Assembly (NCBI GenBank): GCA_963716725.1 | Contig: CAVQUB010000013.1 | Location: 384,001 to 448,000 of the forward strand | Origin: an uncultured delta proteobacterium | Lineage (GTDB): Bacteria; Myxococcota_A; Polyangia; Polyangiales; Polyangiaceae | Reading direction: 5' to 3' | DNA: 64,000 bases | Shown: piece after piece, positions 28,617-36,996 of the stretch | How positions within the stretch are numbered: position 1 is the first letter of the stretch | How the letters are laid out: every line of letters begins with the position of its first letter | The notes under the pieces: model-generated | Database searches by the model: none | Seen by the model: the letters and a program-made list of their open reading frames with translations, nothing else | What the model was told of the DNA's origin: nothing | Position numbers and translations under genes: made by a program

Positions 28617-30233
28617 TCAGGGCTTCTTCGCCGGGAGCCACTCGGCCTTGGTGGTGAGCGCGGTGCCAATCTCGACCCGGGTGATGTCCCCCTTGTCGCA
28701 GACGATCTTCACCTTCGGAACGCCCTCGTCCGTGGTGACGACGCTGGCGACCTTGGCGGTCTCGGTGTGGACCTGGCCCGCGCAGAAGGCCATGACCTTC
28801 AGCCCCGCGCTGACGACGCCCGCGCGCAGCGAGGCGACGTCGACCACGACGTTGGCCTTGTCCGCCATGCGCTCGACGGTGGCCTTGCGGCCCTCGACCT
28901 TCTTGACGGTGCCGAGGTGGTAGTCCTTGGCGGGTGCGCGCAGCGGCGCCCACACCACCACGCCCGTCAGCTGGTCGCCCGGCGGCAGCCAGGAGCTGGT
29001 GTCGGTCGGCTTGAGGTTCTTGGCCTCGACCCAGGCGCTGGCCTTCTCGAAGAGCGACGGGCCTTCGGCCGCACCGGGATCTTCTTTGGCGATCAGCGCA
29101 AAGGCCCCGCCCTTGCCCAAAAGCCACGTCTTCTGCCCGTGGTCGAGCTTGCCGGACTCCGCTCCGGCACTGCTCTCTGCGGGCCTCAGTGAGAGGGCAC
29201 CCCAGGCCCATGCCGCGCTAGGCTTCGTCAGCTTGCAGCGCAGGCGCTCGCACTCCACCGCAATCGCCAGCCGCCAACGTGCCATCTCGATCTCATCGGG
29301 CACCTTTTCCCAGCCCGCGACCTTCACCGCGTCGTCGATCTGCTTCTGAACTTCTCCGGGTTTCTTGGCGCCGAGCGCGGTCTTGATCAGCGCCTGGATG
29401 TGCAGCTTGACGGCGTCGCGCACCACGTCGTTGGCGATGGCCCGCTCGGCGGAGGTCAGCTTGCCTTCCTTTTCGAGCGCATCCAGCTTGGCGAAAGCCT
29501 CCTGCCACTTCTGCGCGTCGAGCAGCGGCTTCAGCACGCCGAGACCCCGATGCACCAACTGCTGTTGGAGGACCTTCTCGAGCTTCGCGTAGCTCTCCTT
29601 GTCGAAGGCCGTGGTGGTGTCGGGCGCGGTCAACAGCGAGCGCGCGGCCTCCACGTTTCCCGCCTTCACTTCCTCGGCCAACTTCTGCTCGAGACAGCCG
29701 AAGAGCGCGGCCTTGGTCTTGTCCTTGAGCGCAGTCTTGAAGTGCTGCCTCGCCTTGGCGCGCACTGGATCCGCGACTGCCTTCAGCGCGCTGGCGCACT
29801 TGCCCGCGCTCGCGTTCTCGATGGCCCGCTTGGCGGAGCGTTCGGCCCGCGCATCGTCGATGTCCTGCTGAACGGCTCGCGCGGCCTGGGTGAGATCGAC
29901 ACCGGCGTACAGCGTCGCCTCTTCCGCGCGATCGTCCGCCGTCGAGAAGTCCGAGGCCTTCAGCAGCGCTCGTGCTTCGTCGACCAGGAGCTGCGCGAGT
30001 TCGTCGCGACCTTCCGCCGCCGCATTGGTGTCACGAAACCGCGAGACCAGTCGCCGGTAGGGCTCGGGCTTCTTCTCGGCGCGAGCCCTGGCCAGGAGGC
30101 TTGCGGCGCGCTCCTCGTCACGCTGCGAACCCGCCGGAGTCTCCGATCCGGCCCCGCCGCCGCCGCATGCGGCGACTGTCGACGCGAGCACGCCCACCAG
30201 CCCCAGGACCCTGAAACCCGAAGTGAAGCTCAT
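28617..30233 (-). CDS. Hypothetical lipoprotein: helical N-terminal region with C-terminal SH3b-like and Tudor/SH3-like barrels
   Basis: Lipobox VAA-C; long helical Ala/Lys-rich region; beta-rich C-terminal modules. Confidence 0.7.
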   Translation of the reverse strand: MSFTSGFRVLGLVGVLASTVAACGGGGAGSETPAGSQRDEERAASLLARARAEKKPEPYRRLVSRFRDTNAAAEGRDELAQLLVDEARALLKASDFSTADDRAEEATLYAGVDLTQAARAVQQDIDDARAERSAKRAIENASAGKCASALKAVADPVRAKARQHFKTALKDKTKAALFGCLEQKLAEEVKAGNVEAARSLLTAPDTTTAFDKESYAKLEKVLQQQLVHRGLGVLKPLLDAQKWQEAFAKLDALEKEGKLTSAERAIANDVVRDAVKLHIQALIKTALGAKKPGEVQKQIDDAVKVAGWEKVPDEIEMARWRLAIAVECERLRCKLTKPSAAWAWGALSLRPAESSAGAESGKLDHGQKTWLLGKGGAFALIAKEDPGAAEGPSLFEKASAWVEAKNLKPTDTSSWLPPGDQLTGVVVWAPLRAPAKDYHLGTVKKVEGRKATVERMADKANVVVDVASLRAGVVSAGLKVMAFCAGQVHTETAKVASVVTTDEGVPKVKIVCDKGDITRVEIGTALTTKAEWLPAKKP

Positions 30234-30326
30234 CACGCGGAGGATGGTTCCGCCGGGGCGCCGTCATAGTCAAGTGGAGCGGTTCCATCGGGCCCCGAGT
30301 CAATCTATTGAGCAACGGAGACCGCC

Positions 30327-30923
30327 GTGCCCAACCCTGCCCCGCCGCTCCCCGAAGGCTCCGCTGACGTCGCCGCGTGGGCCCGGGGCCGACGCATGAA
30401 GCTGGAACCGTGGCCCGACCAAGCGTGGTTCTCGGCGTGGGAGCCCTTCGACACCATGGTCGGCGCAGAAGCGTGGTTCAACGCGGCTTCGTGGTCGGTG
30501 CCACCAGGCAGCGCGACCATCGCCGAGCCGTGGCACGCCCTCGTCGACAGCGAGCCCGTGGATCGCACGGCGCTGCTGTTCGTGACGCATCCTGGCTTCG
30601 TGCGCCGCGCGGCCGCCCGGGGCGGAGAACACTTCAATACCCGCGTGAGCTACCTGGAGAATCCGCCGATGCCGACGGTGAAGGTCGGCGACCCGGTTTG
30701 GGACGAGCACATGCTCACGCTCGCCGCGTCGCCGTCCGAAGCCGCAGCGGCGTTTCCCAAGGGAGCCCGAGCCCTCCTGGCCTCGTGGCGATTCTCGGGC
30801 CACATCGAGGTCCGACCGGGGGGGCTCGTCGTTCACTTCGCGGGGACGCGGCCCATGCCTGCCCACCTCGATCGGCTGTTTCACGCCACGGAAGCGCTGG
30901 TCAAAGAGCTTGCACGCAGCTGA
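30327..30923 (+). CDS. Hypothetical protein
   Basis: Coding-like ORF with GGAG RBS upstream; no motif recognised. Confidence 0.65.
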   Translation: MPNPAPPLPEGSADVAAWARGRRMKLEPWPDQAWFSAWEPFDTMVGAEAWFNAASWSVPPGSATIAEPWHALVDSEPVDRTALLFVTHPGFVRRAAARGGEHFNTRVSYLENPPMPTVKVGDPVWDEHMLTLAASPSEAAAAFPKGARALLASWRFSGHIEVRPGGLVVHFAGTRPMPAHLDRLFHATEALVKELARS

Positions 30924-30969
30924 GCCGCCCGCTGTGAAGCCCGGCGTCTAGTGCTACCGTGAGCCCACG

Positions 30970-31671
30970 ATGGCGCAGCGGATCTTGGTGGTCGAGGACG
31001 AACCCGCCATTGCGGAGTCCGTCGCCTACGCTCTGCGCCGCGACGGATTTGCCGTAGAGATCGCAGGAACCTGCGCCCAGGCCACGAGCGCGGGCGACGC
31101 CGAGCTGATCGTGCTCGACCTGATGCTGCCCGACGGCAGCGGGTTCGACCTGATCGGCAGCTGGCGTCGAGCCGGGCGCCTCACCCCCATCATCGTGCTC
31201 TCGAGCCGCGACGGGGAGGCCGACCGCGTCGCCGCCCTCGAGACGGGCGCCGACGACTACGTCATGAAGCCATTTTCGCCGCGAGAAGTCGTGGCCCGAG
31301 TGCGAGCCGTGTTGCGCCGCGTGGGTCCCGCCGCGAGCTCGCCCGGAGCCGCCGAGCTGAGCCCGCTCTCGGCCGATCAGTCGACACGACGCGCCCAAGT
31401 CGACGGCAAGCCGCTGGAGTTGACCCGCGTCGAGTTCGACCTGCTGGCAAACCTGCTCGAGAGTCCGGGACGCGTGTACACCCGCGCACAGATCATCGAC
31501 AAGGTCTGGGGCGACGGCTTCGCCATCACGGATCGCACCATCGATTCCCACGTGAAGAGCCTGCGCAAGAAGGTCGCGGACGCGGGCGGGGATCCGGGGC
31601 TCATCGAGACCGTGCGTGGCGTGGGCTATCGCGTCGCCGATCAGCCTCGCCCGCCAGCAGAGAAGCCGTGA
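30970..31671 (+). CDS. OmpR/PhoB family response regulator (CreB-like)
   Basis: ILVVEDE, LDLMLPD, GADDY..KPFSPRE, DRTIDSH, ETVRGVGY. Confidence 0.95.
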   Translation: MAQRILVVEDEPAIAESVAYALRRDGFAVEIAGTCAQATSAGDAELIVLDLMLPDGSGFDLIGSWRRAGRLTPIIVLSSRDGEADRVAALETGADDYVMKPFSPREVVARVRAVLRRVGPAASSPGAAELSPLSADQSTRRAQVDGKPLELTRVEFDLLANLLESPGRVYTRAQIIDKVWGDGFAITDRTIDSHVKSLRKKVADAGGDPGLIETVRGVGYRVADQPRPPAEKP

Positions 31672-33155
31672 CGCGACTGATCATCGTCGCGGCGGCTGCC
31701 ATCGCGCTGATCTTGTTCGCGGCGTTCATCGCGGCGCGCCTGCTCGCGACCCGCACCCGCGGACTCTCGATCCGCATGCAGATCTTCCTCGCCCTCGCCC
31801 TCATCGTCGGCGCCTTCGCCTTCGGCCTCGGCATCATGGTGATCGATCGCATCGAGGCCCGCGCGGTGCGCCTGGCCAATCAAGCTGCGCTGGACGAGAG
31901 CGCTATCGTGGCCGGGATCTTCGGCGCCGAAATGGATCGCGGCAACCTGCGCGTCGAAGACATCGCGGTGCGCCTCGAAGCGGAGCGCCTGCGCGGCGCG
32001 GAGCTGAGCTTCGAGTTGCTCGACCGCGAGGGGCGCATGCTCTTTCCCCGGGGCAAGGCCAGCCGAAAGGGCGAACCGGGCACCGTGACCGTGGACTCAC
32101 CGATCCTCACCCGCGGCGCCGTCGCCGGCTCAGCCCGAGTCGTCAAACCAACCGTCGTGATGCGACGGTTGCTCGAGGACTTCGCGCCCACCGTGCTGGT
32201 GATCAGCCTGGTGCTCGGCGCCGCCGCCGCCGCTGCCGCGGTGCTCATCGGGCGCGCCATCGCACGCCCCATCGAGAAGCTCACGGCCTTCGCCGAGAAA
32301 GTCAGCGCCGGTGAACGCGTCGCCGCGCCGCTGGAGCCCGCGGGTCGCGAGGTGACCCGGCTCAATCGCTCCATCGACTCGATGCGACGCCAGCTCCAGG
32401 GGCGGCCCTTCGTCGAGACCTTCGCCGCCGATTTATCCCACGAGCTCAAGAACCCCGTGGCCGCGATCCGAGCCAGCGCCGAGGTCCTGGAAGAGGGCGC
32501 CATCGACGAGCCCGAAGAAGCCCGCCGCTTCGTGGCTCGCATTCGCGAAGCCACCGAGCGAATCGAGCGCCTGCTCGGAGACCTCCTGAGCCTGGCGCGC
32601 ATCGAGGCTCGCGGCGCGGAGGATCTCGAGGTCGTGGAGCTCGCGAACGCTACGGAGATCGCCATCGACGCCCTCGGCGACGCCTCTGGGCGCGTCACCT
32701 TTCGCGCCGACGGCGACACGCGGATCCACGGCGACGAGGCCTGGCTCGTACGCGCGGTCGGCAACCTGCTCGAGAACGCTCTGATCCACGCCAGCGATGC
32801 CGATCCCATCGAGCTCGTCCTGCGCCGCGACGAGGACGGCGTCGTGCTCATCGTCTCGAATTCGGGCGCCGTGTCCAAGCACGTGCGCGAGCGGCTCTTC
32901 CGTCGCTTCGTCACCACTCGATCGGACAAGGGCGGCACCGGCCTCGGCCTCTCCATCGTCCGTGCCGTCGCCGAGGCCCACGGCGGCCGGGCGGAACTCC
33001 GGGATCCGGGTCCGCCGAAGGTCGTGCTTCGGCTCACCTTTCCGCCGGCGCGCCGCCGCGCGGCCGAACAAATTCGAGAGGCCGCCGACGAGGCCCGCGA
33101 AGCGCTCGAGCGGCGCTCGAAGCCAAGACACGACGCGCCGAGCGAGACTGAGTGA
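31668..33155 (+). CDS. HAMP-containing sensor histidine kinase (CreC-like)
   Basis: TM segments; H box LSHELKNP; N box NLLENA; G box GGTGLGLSIV; GTGA overlap with the regulator. Confidence 0.93.
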   Translation: MTRLIIVAAAAIALILFAAFIAARLLATRTRGLSIRMQIFLALALIVGAFAFGLGIMVIDRIEARAVRLANQAALDESAIVAGIFGAEMDRGNLRVEDIAVRLEAERLRGAELSFELLDREGRMLFPRGKASRKGEPGTVTVDSPILTRGAVAGSARVVKPTVVMRRLLEDFAPTVLVISLVLGAAAAAAAVLIGRAIARPIEKLTAFAEKVSAGERVAAPLEPAGREVTRLNRSIDSMRRQLQGRPFVETFAADLSHELKNPVAAIRASAEVLEEGAIDEPEEARRFVARIREATERIERLLGDLLSLARIEARGAEDLEVVELANATEIAIDALGDASGRVTFRADGDTRIHGDEAWLVRAVGNLLENALIHASDADPIELVLRRDEDGVVLIVSNSGAVSKHVRERLFRRFVTTRSDKGGTGLGLSIVRAVAEAHGGRAELRDPGPPKVVLRLTFPPARRRAAEQIREAADEAREALERRSKPRHDAPSETE

Positions 33156-33239
33156 GACTCGAGCCTCACGCCTCACGCCCTCTGATGTCGGACACGCACA
33201 CACCGAGTGGCGTACAAGCCTGTTTCACTCCGGGTGGCG

Positions 33240-33356
33240 CTCCCGCCGGCACGCCGACGGGCCGCCGAGTCGCTCAAAGAAGCTGCCGGCGAGGCCCGCG
33301 AGGCGCTCGAGCGGCGCTCCCGACCGCGTCACTATTCGCCCGAAGCACCAGGATAA
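33240..33356 (+). pseudogene. Diverged orphan copy of the last ~38 codons of the histidine kinase
   Basis: LPPARRRAAESLKEAAGEAREALERRSRPRH...* versus kinase FPPARRRAAEQIREAADEAREALERRSKPRH...* (33039-33155). Confidence 0.85.
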
Positions 33357-33508
33357 GCTGCCGCAATCACTCAGTTTATACAACTGCCAGCCGCGATTCC
33401 ATCAAACCTCCACACAGGGCCCCGAGTTCCCGCGCTTTTGTCTGCCACCTTGTCGAAAGTACAAGGCCGCTGAGCTTCAGCTTCGGCTTCGAGAAACGGA
33501 AAAAGAGC

Positions 33509-34282
33509 GTGTCTGAAAACGGCAAAATCAGGGTTCCTCGTCACGTTGCGATCATCATGGACGGCAACGGCCGCTGGGCTCGAGAGCGTGGGCTCGAGCG
33601 CGTCGAGGGTCACGCCGAGGGCGCGCGCGCCGTGCGCGACGCCGTCGAGACGGCCGCCCGCATCGGGGTCGAGTACCTGACGCTGTACGCTTTCAGCGTC
33701 GCCAACTGGGCTCGCCCGCGCGGCGAGGTCGAAGCACTGATGCGCCTGCTGGTCGACTTCGCCAAGAAGGAACGATCAGAGCTGCGCTCCCTGGGTATCC
33801 GCGTGAACGTCATCGGCGCTCTCGAGGATCTGCCGACCGGAACCCGGCACGCGGTCGAAGATCTGATGCACTACACCGCCGACGGCGACAAGATGACGCT
33901 GACGCTGGCGCTCTCGTACGGCGGACGCCAGGACATCGTCGAGGCCGCCCGCGCCCTCGCGGTGCGCGCCCGCGCTGGGCTCGTGCTCCCCGAAGAGATC
34001 GACGAAAGCTTCTTCCACCGCGAGATGACCACCCGCACCTTGCCCGACGTGGATCTGTTGATCCGTACCGGCGGAGAGAGCCGTCTGTCCGACTTCTTGC
34101 TCTACGAAGCCGCGTACGCCGAACTGGTCTTCATGCCGATCATGTGGCCCGACTTCCGGCCCACGACGCTGCTCGAATGCATCGAACAGTTCTCGAACAA
34201 AGAGCGCCGCTTCGGCCGCACCTCGGAGCAGGTCGTCCGGGGAGACGCCGCCGCCTTCGATCCGCTCGATCCAGCGGAGTGA
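33509..34282 (+). CDS. uppS: Isoprenyl transferase (undecaprenyl diphosphate synthase family)
   Basis: PRHVAIIMDGNGRWA, YAFS..NW.RP, LSYGGR, DLLIRTGGESRLSDFLL, ERRFG. Confidence 0.93.
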   Translation: MSENGKIRVPRHVAIIMDGNGRWARERGLERVEGHAEGARAVRDAVETAARIGVEYLTLYAFSVANWARPRGEVEALMRLLVDFAKKERSELRSLGIRVNVIGALEDLPTGTRHAVEDLMHYTADGDKMTLTLALSYGGRQDIVEAARALAVRARAGLVLPEEIDESFFHREMTTRTLPDVDLLIRTGGESRLSDFLLYEAAYAELVFMPIMWPDFRPTTLLECIEQFSNKERRFGRTSEQVVRGDAAAFDPLDPAE

Positions 34283-34458
34283 GGCGGAGGTCCGCGCCAG
34301 GCGAAGGCGACGCCGGTCGCACGTGGGGCTCGTGCCGCTCGAGTCAACGCTTTGACACCCGGCGCGGCTAGCCGCGCCAGATCTCGAACGCGGCGCTCCG
34401 CCCGATTCGCGGAAACCCCCGGGAACTTCCCGGCGCGGGACTTGCACGCGACCGGCCC

Positions 34459-35631
34459 ATGATCCCCGAGGATACCGAGTCTCCCCGCTGCCTGCTGTGT
34501 GACACGGCGCAGACGGGCATCGTGGTGGGCGAGCGCGGTCGCTTCGGCATGCGGGTGCGCAACATCGCCTGCGAGATCTGCGGCTTGGTCTACGTGACGC
34601 CGCGCCCTAGCCACAGCGCGATGATGGACTACTACCGGGGCACCTATCGCAAGCACTACGGCCAGGTGCGATGCGCGACGCCGTCGGGCGGTACGGCTGG
34701 CCCCGGAGAGCCCGGGTACGACGTCGCGCTCGAAGCGTGGCACAGCGTCCAAGCCGAGAACTGCATTGCCTTGGGCGAGACCCGCCCGGGCGCTCGCGTG
34801 CTCGAGGTCGGCTGTCGTCACGCGCGCACGCTCCAGCTGATGCGATCTCGACTGGACATCGTCGCCCACGGCGTGGAGCCAGGTCCCGAGGAGTCCGCGC
34901 AGGCCAGCGCCGCGGGTGTGCGGTGCTTCACCGGTACTCTGGAGGAATACGAACCCGACGCGCCCTTTGATCAGATCCAGTTGTTTCATGTCCTGGAACA
35001 CTTCCACGATCCGCTGTCCCAACTCGTACGACTGCGCGGCATGCTGGCGCCGGGCGGCAAGCTCGTGATCGAGGTGCCAAACCTGTATCAACCCTACGGA
35101 CTGCTGGAGGAGAACTTCTTCCAGAACGTGCACCTGGTTTCCTTCAGTCCGAACACCCTGCCGGCCTTGTGTCGACGCGCGGGGCTCTCCCCCGTGCGAG
35201 TGCTCGACAGGGGGGCGCTCTTCGTGGTGGCCCAGCCCGATCCGCTCGCGCCCGAGGATCTGCCCGTCGCCTTCGACACGACGATGCTGCCCGATCCAAC
35301 CGAGTCGGCGGAGTGGGTCGCCGAGCGCCTGGCCACCTATGCGCGCCTGGAGACGGAAAACTCCCTGATCAAGACCCAAGGCCCAAGCATGGAAGCCTTG
35401 GCGAACATCACGTCGCTGTTGGGCCGTCCCGGGCTGCCCACCCACACGGCCCACGTGGTCGCGGAGCTCTGCGAGTTCTTCATGCGACACGGTTCTGCCC
35501 GCGCGGCCTGTGTCATCGCTACCGCTGCGTCGGACGGCCCGCACGCCGCGCCGCTGCGTGACGCATTCCATCAGCTGGCCCGGGCTGCCGCCCAGGCGGT
35601 GCAGCCCGGTGCGCCGCCCTCCGCGGGCTGA
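34459..35631 (+). CDS. Class I SAM-dependent methyltransferase with N-terminal CxxC...CxxC
   Basis: CLLC...CEICGLVY..PRP; VLEVGC; HVLEH..DP; LAPGGKLVIEVPN. Confidence 0.88.
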   Translation: MIPEDTESPRCLLCDTAQTGIVVGERGRFGMRVRNIACEICGLVYVTPRPSHSAMMDYYRGTYRKHYGQVRCATPSGGTAGPGEPGYDVALEAWHSVQAENCIALGETRPGARVLEVGCRHARTLQLMRSRLDIVAHGVEPGPEESAQASAAGVRCFTGTLEEYEPDAPFDQIQLFHVLEHFHDPLSQLVRLRGMLAPGGKLVIEVPNLYQPYGLLEENFFQNVHLVSFSPNTLPALCRRAGLSPVRVLDRGALFVVAQPDPLAPEDLPVAFDTTMLPDPTESAEWVAERLATYARLETENSLIKTQGPSMEALANITSLLGRPGLPTHTAHVVAELCEFFMRHGSARAACVIATAASDGPHAAPLRDAFHQLARAAAQAVQPGAPPSAG

Positions 35632-35677
35632 TCCGAAATCGGAGCGCGCGGGCCTCGTTGAGCTGCTTCATGTAACT

Positions 35678-36826
35678 TCAGCCGTTGGCAGCGTCTGCCG
35701 GCGCGCCGCCGGTGCCCGTGCCGCCGGTGCCTGCGTCCGTGCCGCCGGTGCCTGCGTCTGTGCCGCCGGTGCCTGCGTCCGTGCCGCCGTCGTCGGGGCA
35801 GATTGCGATCCCAGCGCCCGCGTCAACGTTAGCGGTCGGCGAACAGGCGCCCACCCGGTTAGCCTGGGTAGCGTTTGCGTTCGGCACGCAGAGGTAGCCA
35901 GGCGCGCAATGAGCGTTGCAATCGCACAACGCCTGGCATGCGCCGATGTCGCCGGTCGTCGGAGCGGCGCCACCCAAATCGAATATCAGTGAGCAGATAC
36001 CGTCAGACTTCACCCCCACCGCGGTGAACCCACAGCCGGGAGCTCCGAGCACGCACCAGTTGCTGCAAAATCGCTCCTGGGACGGGCTGATCCCGATGCA
36101 GAGACCCTTGCATTGTCCGGGCGGCGTGGCCTGGCAGGATTCTCCAAGGTCCTTGCCAGCTGCCGCCTTCGTCGTGCACAGGCCGGTATCGAGGTTGCAT
36201 GTGTGCGCAGCAGGGCAATCGCTATCCGAGCCGCAGCGTGGATCGCACATGCTGAAGGTGTCGTGGCACATGCCGTCAGCAGCGCACATTTCCCCGGCCG
36301 GACAATCATCCTTGTTCGCGCCAGTACACGCCGCTTTGGGCGTTGACTCGAGAAGCAAGTTGCAGCCGACGTCGGGGCGGCCCTGGCACTTCTTCTGTGA
36401 TTCTTCACCAATCGTACAACCCGCGAAGCACCATCCGCGGTTGCATTCCCCTTTCGGATCGTGGGCTTTGCAGTCCTCGGACACGGCGCAGGTTGCGCTG
36501 CAGTACCCGTGGGCCGGACCCTCGCCGTCAAGCTTGCCGGAGTCAGGGAGAATGCACGTGAGGCCCCCGCCGCACTCGCCATCGTTGACGCACGCTTTGG
36601 CCAGCTTGGTCGTGGCCGTGGTTCCGCCGGTTCCGCCGGTTCCGCCGGTCGCCCCGGAGCCACCGCTGCCGCCGGTCGCTCCAAAAGCACCGCTGCCGTC
36701 GGGGAGCCCGCCGCCAGTGCCGCCGCCACCGCCGCCCTCGCTGTCGTCACTGCTACACGCGAAGGAGGAACCGCTCAACGACGCTGCGATCAAACCCACA
36801 CCCAACCAAGGCGATACTCTCTTCAT
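35678..36826 (-). CDS. Cys-rich repeat lipoprotein
   Basis: Lipobox SFA-C; Gly/Thr linker; many C..D.DC repeats; C-terminal GTDAGTG repeats. Confidence 0.82.
   Translation of the reverse strand: MKRVSPWLGVGLIAASLSGSSFACSSDDSEGGGGGGTGGGLPDGSGAFGATGGSGGSGATGGTGGTGGTTATTKLAKACVNDGECGGGLTCILPDSGKLDGEGPAHGYCSATCAVSEDCKAHDPKGECNRGWCFAGCTIGEESQKKCQGRPDVGCNLLLESTPKAACTGANKDDCPAGEMCAADGMCHDTFSMCDPRCGSDSDCPAAHTCNLDTGLCTTKAAAGKDLGESCQATPPGQCKGLCIGISPSQERFCSNWCVLGAPGCGFTAVGVKSDGICSLIFDLGGAAPTTGDIGACQALCDCNAHCAPGYLCVPNANATQANRVGACSPTANVDAGAGIAICPDDGGTDAGTGGTDAGTGGTDAGTGGTGTGGAPADAANG
35706..35789. repeat. 21-bp tandem repeat (about 3 copies) encoding GTDAGTG
   Basis: GTGCCGCCGGTGCCTGCGTC(C/T) units. Confidence 0.8.
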
Positions 36827-36917
36827 GTCTTTCCCAAGCCTGCAACAACCCGCTCAGCCACCGGGCATCTAGCACGGTCCGCCGGACTCACAAGTCCTGG
36901 GCGCGCGCGAGGCACTC

Positions 36918-36959
36918 AAAAAAAGCCAACCCGATCCGACGTGAGTCAGACCGGGTTGG
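36918..36959 (-). terminator. Rho-independent terminator downstream of the metalloprotease gene
   Basis: Minus strand CCAACCCGGTCTGAC-TCAC-GTCGGATCGGGTTGG followed by a T-run. Confidence 0.85.
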
Positions 36960-36996
36960 ACTACGTTCGAACGGCGAGGGATCTGCCCGCCTGTTT

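Noticed and set aside
33440..33500. Riboswitch-like hairpin CCTTGT-CGAAAGT-ACAAGG upstream of uppS
   Set aside because: No recognisable conserved aptamer core; a single hairpin is insufficient evidence
33152..33508. 119-aa N-terminal extension of uppS given by the ORF track
   Set aside because: Non-coding-like composition; it overlaps the duplicated kinase tail in another frame, and homology starts at GTG 33509
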